Shown here piece by piece: positions 49,765-60,682 of a stretch of DNA of 64,000 bases (the stretch's first letter is position 1; each line of letters opens with the position of its first letter). A program made the translations under genes and the position numbers. Source of the stretch: Heterodontus francisci (Eukaryota); contig NC_090396.1 in assembly GCF_036365525.1 (NCBI RefSeq), forward strand, positions 73,712,605 to 73,776,604, read 5' to 3'. Below the pieces are notes generated by a model, which saw only the letters and a list, made by a program, of their open reading frames with translations, had not been told where the DNA came from and ran no database searches.

Positions 49765-51240
49765 CAATGATCTTTATGTCGTCATTGTCGACAGGATTAG
49801 TGCCGGAAGACTGGAGGATAGCAAATGTTGTCCCCTTGTTCAAGAAGGGGAGTAGAGACAGCCCTGGTAATTATAGACCTGTGAGCCTTACTTCGGTTGT
49901 GGGTAAAATGTTGGAAAAGGTTATAAGAGACAGGATTTATAATCATCTTGAAAATAATAAGTTCATTAGCGATAGTCAACACGGTTTTGTGACGGGTAGG
50001 TCGTGCCTCACAAACCTTATTGAGTTTTTCGAGAAGGTGACCAAACAGGTGGATGAGGATAAAGCAGTGGATGTGGTGTATATGGATTTCAGTAAGGCGT
50101 TTGATAAGGTTCCCCACGGTAGGCTATTGCAGAAAATACGGAAGATTGGGGTTGAAGGTGATTTAGAGCTTTGGATCAGAAATTGGCTAGCTGAAAGAAG
50201 ACAGAGGGTGGTGGTTGATGGCAAATGTTCATCCTGGAGTTTAGTTACTAGTGGTGTACCGCAAGGATCTATTTTGGGGCCACTGCTGTTTGTCATTTTT
50301 ATAAATGACCTGGAAGAGGGTGTAGAAGGGTGGGTTAGTAAATTTGCGGATGACACTAAGGTCGGTGGAGTTGTGGATAGTGCCAAAGGATGTTGTAGGG
50401 TACAGAGGGACATAGATAGGCTGCAGAGCTGGGCTGAGAGATGGCAAATGGAGTTTAATGCGGAAAAGTGCGAGGTGATTCACTTTGGAAGGAATAACAG
50501 GAATGCAGAGTACTGGGCTAATGGGAAGATTCTTGGTAGTGTAGATGAACAGAGAGATCTTGGTGTCCAGGTGCATAAATCCCTGAAGGTTGCTACCCAG
50601 GTTATTAGGGCTGTTAAGAAGGCATATGGTGTGTTAGCTTTTATTAGTAGGGGGATCGAGTTTCGGAGCCACGAGGTCATGCTGCAGCTGTACAAAACTC
50701 TGGTGAGACCGCACCTGGAGTATTGCGTGCAGTTCTGGTCACCGCATTATAGGAAGGATGTGGAAGCTATGGAAAGGGTGCAGAGGAGATTTACTAGGAT
50801 GTTGCCTGGTATGGAGGGAAGGTCTTACGAGGAAAGGCTGAGGGACTTGAGGTTGTTTTCGTTGGAGAGAAGGAGGAGGAGAGGTGACTTAATAGAGACA
50901 TATAAGATAATCAGAGGGTTAGATAGGGTGGATAGTGAGAGTCTTTTTCCTCGGATGGTGATGGCAAACACGAGGGGACATAGCTTTAAGTTGAGGGGTG
51001 ATAGATATAGGACAGTTGTCAGAGGTAGTTTCTTTACTCAGAGAGTAGTAGGGGCGTGGAACGCCCTGCCTGCAACAGTAGTAGACTCGCCAACTTTAAG
51101 GGCATTTAAGTGGTCATTGGATAGACATATGGATGAAAATGGAATAGTGTAGGTCAGATGGTTTCACAGGTCGGCGCAACATCGAGGGCCGAAAGGCCTG
51201 TACTGCGCTGTAATGTTCTAATTCTAATTCTAATTCTAAT
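49765..51240 (+). mobile_element. Young CR1 LINE, 5'-truncated
   Basis: Uninterrupted ORF and (TAATTC)n tail at about 51219-51240. Confidence 0.95.
49767..51152 (+). CDS. CR1 ORF2 reverse transcriptase C-terminal part (461 aa open)
   Basis: PLFKKG, NYRPVSLTS, QHGF, YMDFSKAFDKVPH, GVPQGSILGP, FADDTK, LVRPHLEYC, WNALP. Confidence 0.9.
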   Translation: MIFMSSLSTGLVPEDWRIANVVPLFKKGSRDSPGNYRPVSLTSVVGKMLEKVIRDRIYNHLENNKFISDSQHGFVTGRSCLTNLIEFFEKVTKQVDEDKAVDVVYMDFSKAFDKVPHGRLLQKIRKIGVEGDLELWIRNWLAERRQRVVVDGKCSSWSLVTSGVPQGSILGPLLFVIFINDLEEGVEGWVSKFADDTKVGGVVDSAKGCCRVQRDIDRLQSWAERWQMEFNAEKCEVIHFGRNNRNAEYWANGKILGSVDEQRDLGVQVHKSLKVATQVIRAVKKAYGVLAFISRGIEFRSHEVMLQLYKTLVRPHLEYCVQFWSPHYRKDVEAMERVQRRFTRMLPGMEGRSYEERLRDLRLFSLERRRRRGDLIETYKIIRGLDRVDSESLFPRMVMANTRGHSFKLRGDRYRTVVRGSFFTQRVVGAWNALPATVVDSPTLRAFKWSLDRHMDENGIV

Positions 51241-51404
51241 TTTTTTTGCTAAGAAAATCTGAAATGAATAATAATTTGAACTTGGTGGCATAAAATGGAA
51301 ATTTAGTACTTTAAAAAACTTTGGATTAATCACAAAATTTGATTAATCGACTGAATTAAGAGTAGTCTGTACACTTAACACACCTGCACTGGTTCCAATG
51401 TGCA

Positions 51405-51745
51405 CATATTATGAGGGGTTTTGATAGAGTAGATAGGGAGAAACTGTTTTCAGTGCCAGGAGGTTCAGTAACCAGAAAACACAAATTTAAGGTAATTGTC
51501 ACAAAAGCCAGGAGGGAGATGATGAAAAAATCTTTTATGCAGCACTTTATGATCTGGAATGCGCTGCCTGAAAGGGCAGTAGAAGTAGGTTCAATAGTAA
51601 CTGTCAAAAGAAGCTTAGATTGATACTTAAAAAGGGGAAATTTGCAGAGCAGATGAGTTGGACTAACTGGTTAAGGCTTTCAAAGAGTCTGCACAGACAC
51701 AATGGTCTAAATGGCCTCCTTTTGTGCTGTATGATTCTATGATAC
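51405..51745 (+). mobile_element. CR1 3' fragment
   Basis: MRGFDRVDREKLF...IWNALPE plus tail. Confidence 0.75.
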
Positions 51746-51844
51746 CTGCGCGTTCTCATATATATTTATCTACATGGCTGCATGGAACAGGTTAAGGAAA
51801 AAAGAAATTCACAAATGTTGAAAATCTGAACTAAAATAAGAATG

Positions 51845-52258
51845 TATTTATCTAATGCCTTTCACACCCTCAGGACACTCCAAGTGCCTGATAGCCACTG
51901 GTTTACTTTGGAACAGCAAACACTGTTCCTTTTTAGGCAAACGCAGCAGCCAATTTTAACATGACAAGATCCAACGCAAAGCAGTGAGATAAAGAACCGG
52001 TTAATCTGTCCTGGTAGTGTTGCTCGAAGGATAAATGTTGATCAGGGCACCAGGAAAACTCCATTCTCCCCTTTAATTAGGCAGACATGGCCTCGGTTTA
52101 ACGTTTCATCTGAAGGGCAGCACCTCTGACCATGCAGCACTCTCTCTGTTCTACGCTCAAATGTCAGTGTAGATTAGCTGCCCATGTTTTTGAAGTGGGC
52201 CTTGAACCCTCCAACTTCTGGCCCAGAAGCGAGAGCGCAGAGGCCTCTGAGCCAAGGC
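51845..52258 (-). mobile_element. DeuSINE copy, degenerate
   Basis: Reverse-complement similarity to 45925-46365. Confidence 0.6.
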
Positions 52259-53487
52259 TAATATTTATCTACGAAAAGCCTTACACTGAGAGCGGGGAGA
52301 AGAAAGACTGAAGAAATCCAGAAAGGTTATGGATTGGTCCTTCCTACATATGCATCTTTTCATCATATATATGAAACACTGCTCCAGTCCTATGGGGGCC
52401 CATTCCCCCAGCCCTTGCTCAGTTTCATTGGTGAGTGTGTTGGTACTGCTTGCTCAGATCCAGAGAAGTTCATTGACCATACTCGCATTTTCCACCTCAT
52501 AATTTTTGAACACCTCTTTAAATGTCCCCTTAACCTTCTTTCCCCAAGGGAGGACAATCCCAGTTTCTCCAGTCTCTCCACATAACTGAAGTTTATCATT
52601 CTGTTAGCATTCTAGTAAAAACTTCATCTAATGCCTAACCAGTGATTTATCATTAGTCCCTTACTTTTGTACTCTGCCTCTATTTATAAAACCCAAGATT
52701 CATATGCTTTTTTTAACAGGCTTCTCATCGTGTCCTGCCATCTTCCAAGATTTGAGTCTGTGGACCCCCAGATATCTCTGTTTCTGAACCCCCTTTTAAA
52801 ATCGTGTAGTTTAATTTTTATTGCCAACTACCTGTCCCTCAACTTCACACAGTTTGCTGGATTCTTCCTGGTTTTTGCTTTGCTGAAGGTGGCTCTTTTC
52901 CTCTTGCTGCATGTGAGAGAGGCTGCAGGAGATGGGGAAGAGGTGCTGTATCCCCGGGGAAGGAGGGCAGCTTGCCACAGGAACAGCATGAAAGAGAAAT
53001 GGGCACAAACGAGACATGTCCGAGCTTTGGTACTAGCAGCCCGAGGAGAAGAATGGAACAATTTATAATTAGCAGAGGACCCCGATTGCTGCAATCAGCC
53101 TTTCATTATACCTATAATTATGTAAGGTGGGATAGACACATTCCAACATGGACAGAATATTTCCCAAACACATGAATTTAGTTGACAGTGAGGTTTAACA
53201 AATCGTAGGTCATGGGTGTGCACACGGTGTCACCACGGCTTAAAAGTGTTAGCAAGTAAATCAGTGCCTTTTTCAGAGTAAAAGGCCCAACAATCTATTG
53301 TTCTCCCCACCCACCAAAAATGAACTTGAGGAGCTCAGTAACTTCATAATTATTCATCTAAATTCTCTTTTATAATTTTTGCTATAGGACAGCTTCAAGG
53401 CTAGCATGGCAACATATTAAAGTAAAAATAATAAACTGGACTGAATAAATGAAATTAATTCAATCAATTTGAACTTAAGAAGAATAT

Positions 53488-53905
53488 CAGAAAATACTGG
53501 AAACACTCAGCAGGTCAAACATCATCTGTGGAGAGACAAATGTGTGAGGTTGATGACTTTTCATCAGAACTGGAAAATACTGAGAGTTAACAGTTTATAA
53601 GCAAGTACAGATCCAGGGATAAAGTGGGAGAGGAAAGGACACAGGGAGAAGTCTGTGATAGGGTGCAGGTGTGCTATCATCCCTTCTTTATTGACTCACC
53701 CCTGCCCTCCACTTCATCACGAACATTCCCCTTTTTCCTCGCCTTGTATATGCTTATAATCGATTTAATTTCCAACATCTTCCAGTTGGAACAAAAGGTC
53801 ATCAACCTGAAACATTAACTCTGTCTCTCTCCATAGATACTGCCAGACTTGCTGAGTGTTTCCAGCATTTTCTGCTTTTATTTTAGTCATTTCCAGCATC
53901 CACAG
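53488..53905. mobile_element. Inverted pair of Penelope-like terminal fragments
   Basis: CAGAAAATACTGGAAACACTCAGCAGGTC (53488) versus GACTTGCTGAGTGTTTCCAGCATTTTCTG (about 53846); degenerate hammerhead boxes in both arms. Confidence 0.6.
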
Positions 53906-53954
53906 TATTTTTTTTAAAGAAGAATATCTACTGGGTTATATAAGTAAATAGGAA

Positions 53955-54290
53955 TGACAGGATCACAATTGGGTGTGGTGTATGCAACATGCACATGAGA
54001 TAGACCCGCGTACCATCCATAGTGAACACATATGCGGGAAGTGTGCAAAGCTTGCACTGCTGGAACAGAAAGTTGCACCGCTTGGAAGTCAGCTTGGACA
54101 CACTCTGCAACATTCGAGAACCCCCCCGCAACACATGTTGCGGGGAGTGGAGGGGTGAAACTGGGTGATCATTAGCAGGCATGGTAGCAAACAACAGTCG
54201 AGGGTAGAAAGGGCCTGGCATGTGGTGCTGGATTTTTCTAATAGGTGCCAATGATGTGGTCAAGAAGGGTGACACAGAGGAGGGTAACCA
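53955..54290 (+). pseudogene. CR1 ORF1 remnant (zinc finger / leucine zipper plus esterase-like motif)
   Basis: C..C.M...HICGKCAKLALLEQKV and a later IGAND (GTND-like) motif. Confidence 0.5.
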
Positions 54291-54337
54291 TGAGTAACTA
54301 CAGGGCACTGAGGAGCAAGTATGCACGGGGAAACAGT

Positions 54338-55900
54338 AGAGTCATAGAGTCGTACAGCATAAAAACAGGCCCTTCGGCCCACCACGTCCATGCCGACCAT
54401 AATGCCTATCTATACTAATCCCACCTGCCTGCATTAATTCCATATCCCTCTATGCCTTGCTCATTCAAGTACCTGCCCAGATGCCTGTTAAAAGTTGCTA
54501 CTGTTCCTGCCTCCACTACCTCCTCAGGCAGCTCATTCTAGATACCCACTATTCTTTGTGTGAAAAATCTACCCCTTTGATCCCCTTTAAACCTCCTCCC
54601 TCTCACCTTAAATCTATGCCCTCTAGTTTTAGTCACCCCTGTCATGGGAAACAGACTCTGGCTATCTACCCTATCTATGCCTCTCATACTTTTATATACC
54701 TCTATCATGTTCCCTCTCAGCCTCCTTCGCTCCACGGAAAACAGACCCAGCCTATCCAATCTCTCTTTATAACTCAAGCCCTCCAAACCAGGCAACATCC
54801 TGGTGAATCCTTTCTGCACCCTCTCTAGCTTAATCACATCTTTCCTGCAGTGCGGCGACCAGAACTGCACACAGTACTCCAAATGCGGCCTAACCAACGT
54901 TATGTACAACTGTAACATGACGTCCCAACTCTTGTACTCAATGCCTCGGCCAATGAAGGCAAGCATGCCATACGCCTTCTTCACCACCCTGTCTACCTGT
55001 GTTGCCACTTTCAGGGAGCTATGTACTTGCACCCCAAGGTCTCACTGCTCAAGAACACTTCCCAGGGCCCTGCCATTCACTGTATATGTCCTGCCCTGGT
55101 TTAACTTCCCAAAATGCATCACTTCACACTTGTCTGCGTTAAATTCCATTTGCCACCCCCTTGCCCACTTTCCCAGTTGATCTATATCCTGTTGTAACCT
55201 TAGACAACCTTCTTCACTGTCCACTATACCGCCAATTTTGGTGTCATCTGCAAACTTACTAATCATGCCCTTTACATTTACATCCAAGTCATTAATATAT
55301 ATGATGAACAACAGAGGGCCCAGCACAACAACAACACAACACAACACTCCCAACAGTAGCACACCACTGGTCACTGGCCTCCAATCTGAAAAACAACCCT
55401 CCACTACCACCCTCTGCCTCCTATCACCAAGCCAATTTTGTATCCAATTTGCTAGCTCACCCTGGATCCCATGTGTTCAAACCTTCTGGACCAGCCTACC
55501 TTGCGGGACCTTGTTAAAGGCCTTGCTAAAGTCCATGTAGACAACGTCCATCACCCTGCCCTCGTCAATCCTCTTGGTCACCTCCTCGAAAAACTCAATC
55601 AAATTCATGAGACATGATTTCCCACGCACAAAGCCATGCTGACTATCCCTCATTAGACCATGCCTTTCCTGATGCATATAAATCCTGTCTCTCAGAATCC
55701 CTTCCAATAACTTTCCCACCACTGATGTAAGGCTCACCGCCCTGTAGTTCCCTGGCTTATTCCCTGCTGCCCTTCTTAAATAAAGGCACAACATTAGCTA
55801 TCCTCCAGTTTTCCGGTACCTCACCCATGGCTAACGATGATACAAAAATCTCTGCCAGGGCCCCAGCAATTTCCTCCCTTGCTTCCCATAGCATCCTAGG
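54338..55900 (-). mobile_element. CR1 LINE, same family as 20484-23182
   Basis: Near-identical peptides (e.g. INDLDVNVKGMISKFAD, YKSWDVMLQLYITLVRPHLEYC). Confidence 0.93.
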
Positions 55901-55967
55901 TAGTAAGACTTGATAAATAGCCATTGTGAGGATTCTGTAGTCAGGCAGCTAGATAGCTTCTTTCTTA

Positions 55968-56070
55968 AATAAAAACAAGAAATGCTGGAATCACTTAGCA
56001 GGTCTGGCAGCATCTGTGGAAAGAGAAGCAGAGTTAACGTTTCGGGTCAGCGACCCTTCATCGGAACTCA
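55968..56070 (-). mobile_element. Penelope-like terminal fragment
   Basis: Best preserved copy of the recurrent module. Confidence 0.6.
56031..56069 (-). ncRNA. Minimal type I hammerhead motif (U4 to C variant)
   Basis: Minus strand GAGTT-CCGATGA-A-GGGTC(GCT)GACCC-GAAA-CG-TT-AACTC: 5-bp stem I, perfect 5-bp stem II, palindromic AACGTT at stem III. Confidence 0.6.
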
Positions 56071-56129
56071 ACTCTTTCATAGATGTGATTCAGACTCCCA
56101 AATGGTATGTTGGTTCAGGACATCACTGA

Positions 56130-56785
56130 GCACAGGTACAAAAAGCAATTAAAAAAGATCATGGAAAAGTTGGCCTTTATCTCAATGGGGTTGGAATACA
56201 AAAGTGAGGGAGTGATGTTACAATTGTACAAAGCTCTGGTTAGACCCCATCTGGGAATTGCATTCAGTTCTGAGCATTCTACCTCAGGAAGGATATATTG
56301 GCCTTGGAGAATTGCAGCATAGATACAGCAGAATTGTACTGTGCCTTAAAGGGTTAAATTATGAGGATAGGTTGCATCAACTTGGTTTGTGTTCCTGTAA
56401 GTTTAGACGGTTGAGGGTTGATCTGATTAAAGTGTTTATAATGATAAAGGATTTTGATAGGGTGAATAGAGAGAAACAATTTCCACTGTTGGCAGAGTCC
56501 AGAACAAGAGGGCACAGCCTTAAAATTAGAGCTAGACCATTCAGGGCTGATGTCAGGAAGCACCTCTTCACACAAAGGGTAGTGAAACCTGGAATTCTCT
56601 TCCCCCAAAAAGGCTGTGGATGCTGAGGGCCAGTTGCAGCTTTCAAAACTGAGATTGACAGATTTTTGTTAGGCAAACATATCTAGGGATGTAGAGCAAA
56701 GGTGGGTAAATGTGGTTGAGGTACAGTTTAGCCATGATTTACTCAAAGGCTCGAGGAGCTGAATGGGCCTCCTCCTGTTCCTGTG
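56130..56785 (+). mobile_element. CR1 3' fragment
   Basis: GLEYKS..VMLQLYKALVRPHL, RTRGHSLKI, FTQRVV. Confidence 0.8.
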
Positions 56786-57349
56786 ATCTTGAAATCCGGT
56801 CAATGTCAGTGTTGTTCATGTTACTCAGCTCCATCACACATTTACATTTTAAACTATTGTTTATATTTAACAATCATTCACTGTAAAATATTGCAACAAA
56901 CCTACAGCATAGCATTAGCATGTACAGACTCACTATTGTACAGAATTAACGCTGAGTACTCCTAACTTTGTATAATTATTGCAGAGCAAACACAAGTGGG
57001 TTCGATTAACTTGTTTTTTTTCTCCCTTCCATGTTTTGTTTGGTTTGGTTAAATTATGCAGAGTTTATTGTAGAATACTTACTCCATTAGGGAAATAAAT
57101 CTTCCATACAAAAATATTTAGATTTGATGCAGTTAGCATTTTATAATTCACATTTCATGCCTCATCGAATATTTTAATGAAATGAGGACACATTGTTAAA
57201 TAAATGCCTTAATGACTGGGTAGTTGCATGTTTCCCTGCCATACACAATCGCTATATAGAGACTGTATGAAAAATTGAGTGAGACATTTCATTATATTCC
57301 GCTATGAATGAGAATTCTTCAAGTTACATTGGAGATGAGAGGTTTTATA

Positions 57350-57660
57350 ACAACAACTTGCATTTATATAACACCTTTAATATGGTAAAATGTCCGAAGG
57401 CGCTTCGCAAACAAATTTGATATCAAGGAGATATGAGAACAGGTGACCAAAAACTTGGTCAAAGAATTAGGTTTTAAAGAGTACCTTAATCAGGTAGAGA
57501 GAGGTAGAGAGATGGAGAAGTTTAGGGAGAGAATTCCAGAGCTTAGGGCCTTGGCAGCTGAAGGCACACCAATGATGAAGCGATGGATTCGGGTATGTGT
57601 AAGAGGCCAGAATTGGGAGAGTGCGGAGATCCTGGAGGGTTATAGGGCTGGAGGAGGTTT
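57350..57660 (-). mobile_element. L2 3' end
   Basis: AFSCQGPKLWNSLP on the minus strand, L2-type tail. Confidence 0.7.
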
Positions 57661-57799
57661 GCATAAATTTAATAGTTACATTACTATTTAGAGTTTAAGT
57701 TTCTTCCTTTCTCAAAAATCAGAAAAAACTATACTTGGGAGCAGAAAATTTGAATAAATTGCATCCTACTATCAGTCTCCTTTTAAACGACAAGCACAT

Positions 57800-58270
57800 G
57801 TAGGAACTGCTGACATCTCAGGTGACAATGCCATCTTCAGTGTCCATAATGCTGCTGTGTATCTGGTGCCTCCCCACTGCCCCCCACCCCGCCGTCCCCA
57901 TTGCTACTCTGTCCAGGAGCAGAGTGGGCTACCACTCCATGAATGTGCAGCTGGACTATGACCACAGGAACAGAACTGAACATATGAATGCCCTGTTATC
58001 CTGCCAGCTTCCACGATTGCTTCAGCCAAGCACAGTCAGAAGTGCCAGTGTTATTTACCAAACATGCTGCATTCATTTGGCAGCGTTACACAGTGCTGGT
58101 ACCTGCCACATTGAATGGGCTGCTGGTTGGGTGAATACATTGATATATGAGAATTGCCTGCCTGTGACTGGAAAGCTGCACAATGGATAAAGTGCAGTGC
58201 TGCCTCCCTCTCTGACATTGCCCAAGTTTAGAATTAAGTACATTGTATGCAACATGGTAAAATGGGCTGT
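57800..58270 (+). pseudogene. Highly degenerate Harbinger transposase fragment
   Basis: RVGYHSMNVQLDYDH resembles the NRKG.HS.NVQ.VCD motif; a P.S.HD-like stretch follows. Confidence 0.45.
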
Positions 58271-59821
58271 CTCCAGTAATTTCTCCTGCTCCATTTCAGG
58301 ATGACGTCAAAGATGACCAGCAACTGGATATTCATCCCTTGTACCCCCTTCCCTCTCCACCCTACCCCACCGTAGCACTCCTAGTCTGTCGTGTTGATAG
58401 TAGTGAGTATTGATTATAATGAGTTGCCCTTGTATTATTGTGCAAGGTGAGTACAGAATGTAATCAGTGCAAAAAAAAGGAGTCCTAGCACCACTGGACT
58501 AGAAGCTATTGTCTTCTCCATAATGTACCTATTGATGCTAAAGTCCCAAGCTCTTTGATCAGCTACTAAACAGAGGATTCACTTATGACTGAAATGATTG
58601 TTACAATGGTTTTTGAGCTTTATCCAGTCCTGAATTGGGATGAATTCAAGTCCAGGTGTGTTTTTCTGAATTTGCTAAGTTCCAGTTTAGGAACACATAC
58701 TGGCTAGTAAAAGTGAGCAAAGCTTTAAGTTTTTGAACACCAATGTGTGGCATGTCAAAAACTCTGAAGTTGTGGGTCCAATTAATGTGAGCATATTATG
58801 ACTATTAGAATGAAGGGTAGGTAGTTAGTTTGATCTTAGAGTAGGTTAAAGGTTCGGCACAACATCGTGGGCCGAAGGGCCTGTACTGTGCTGTACTGTT
58901 CTATGTTCTATGTCTATGTATATTTCCAGTAATCATAAGGACTAGCACGTGTGTCCCCTGTAAGTCCGACTCTAAATCACTACTAAACACATGAACCCAC
59001 CACTAGACACAGCAGCAGGACAACTCTTAATGTAGCTGCCAAGATCCTTTCAGGTGATGAATGGAAGGTCAGTGCACATGGGCAGGACTATCAGGCAAAG
59101 ATTCCCTCTAAGGGAGTGACAACAGGGCCAGAACATTGTGCTTGGCACTAGGAGAGGAAGATGTTGAGGATTTAAAGTTGTATCACTGAGATCTCATTAT
59201 CACCATCTTCTTATAGCTGCCAAAGGGAACACCATGTACCTCTCAGCCAACCATTGGTCTTGCACATTATGTATATCAGAGGTAGAGATGCCCATCTTTG
59301 TGCTAGTTCATCATCATAGTGTACATAGTGCTATGAGCCTCGGAGTATGCAGTCAACCAGGCACATGGAGAACCGTTAGTACATACACATGAACAGTATT
59401 TTAGATTGTGTCATTTCGCTTCTGCAATATTGTATGCTGCACTTCTTTCTCTCCACGAAACAACCCAGACCACCTGGAATCTGGAGCATCCCTGAATCAC
59501 AAGCCACCCAGGTTGTTCATATCATGGTATAACTCAAACATCTTCACATTATAACAATTGCCTCCTCCCTCTGACTTTATTTAAACTCCCAAGGATTGGA
59601 ATTTGGGTCTAGGACCTTTCAGTCCACTTCAAACCACCCTCAAGCAACAGAGGTGTGACACCCCTATTTTTGGCTAATGCTTCTATTCTGGTATTTCACT
59701 GAATTACAGAGCTGTAGAGCCGTTGTTGACTTATACTGCAGTGTTGCCAGGTACAGCAGTAGTATTTATATGTTTTGCTTGTGTTGCAATGTACGATTCA
59801 AGGCAGCTCTGGATTCCAGGG

Positions 59822-60682
59822 TTTTACGACTGGGTGAGAAAGAGGTCTGGGGGTTCCCTTTCAGCCTTCACCTGGTCTTGCTGTAAAAGGGTTTTAATTT
59901 AAAATTTTGAGCTCCCCCTTGGTGAATCCTTGTTCCAATACCGCTTTCCAATTATAAGGCAAAGAAATGAGCACAAACAGGCGTTCTTAGATTTAAAGAA
60001 GAAAAAATGAAATTTATTAGAACTTAAGCTCTAATTCAGTTAACGCCTATGGATACACGCTGGAACCCACGCGAGCATGCATACGTGATGTGCACATGCA
60101 AATAGAGACTAAATAGAGCAGAAGAAAAATAAAGTGGAGAGGTTTGAGGCAATATCTGAAGAGTTTCTTGTTACTGGGCTTCGAGCTCACTGTAGAGTCC
60201 TTTTGTAGGTAGTTCTTGCTTGTAGGTAATTCTTGCTTTTCGTTGGGGCCCAATATTTTTCTTAAACCTTGTTCACTGAAGGAGACTTTTCTCTCTAGGG
60301 ATTCCTGTGTCTTCAATGGATTCCAAAGCTGGTGAGAACGAGATGAGAGCAAACAGGAGACAGATATTCTCAATCCAGGAGCCAAGAGCTTTCTGGGTTC
60401 AAATTCTCTGTGGCCAATTTAAAACTCTCAGTTCAAGACTCTGCAATAGCCAGTTAGTGTTTTGACTAAACTGGTCTGACCACATCTTCTGTGTATTGGG
60501 AGCAGGGACTGTTTCCTTTGTTCTAACATTGTCTGCTAGTATGCAAAAAATGTCTTTCCGGCTAGGGGCCTGGCAATTCCATGTGATAGGCCCTTTTTTC
60601 TTCCCAGCAACAATTTGAAGTTTAATGTCCATGTGGCGAAATTAATGTGCCTCATTCTTGGCAGGTGGGGACCTGCATGACA
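59822..60682 (-). repeat. 3' LTR of the Gypsy element
   Basis: Minus strand starts TGTCATGCAGG right after a purine-rich GGGTGTGGAGG tract; the far boundary near 59822 is approximate. Confidence 0.55.
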
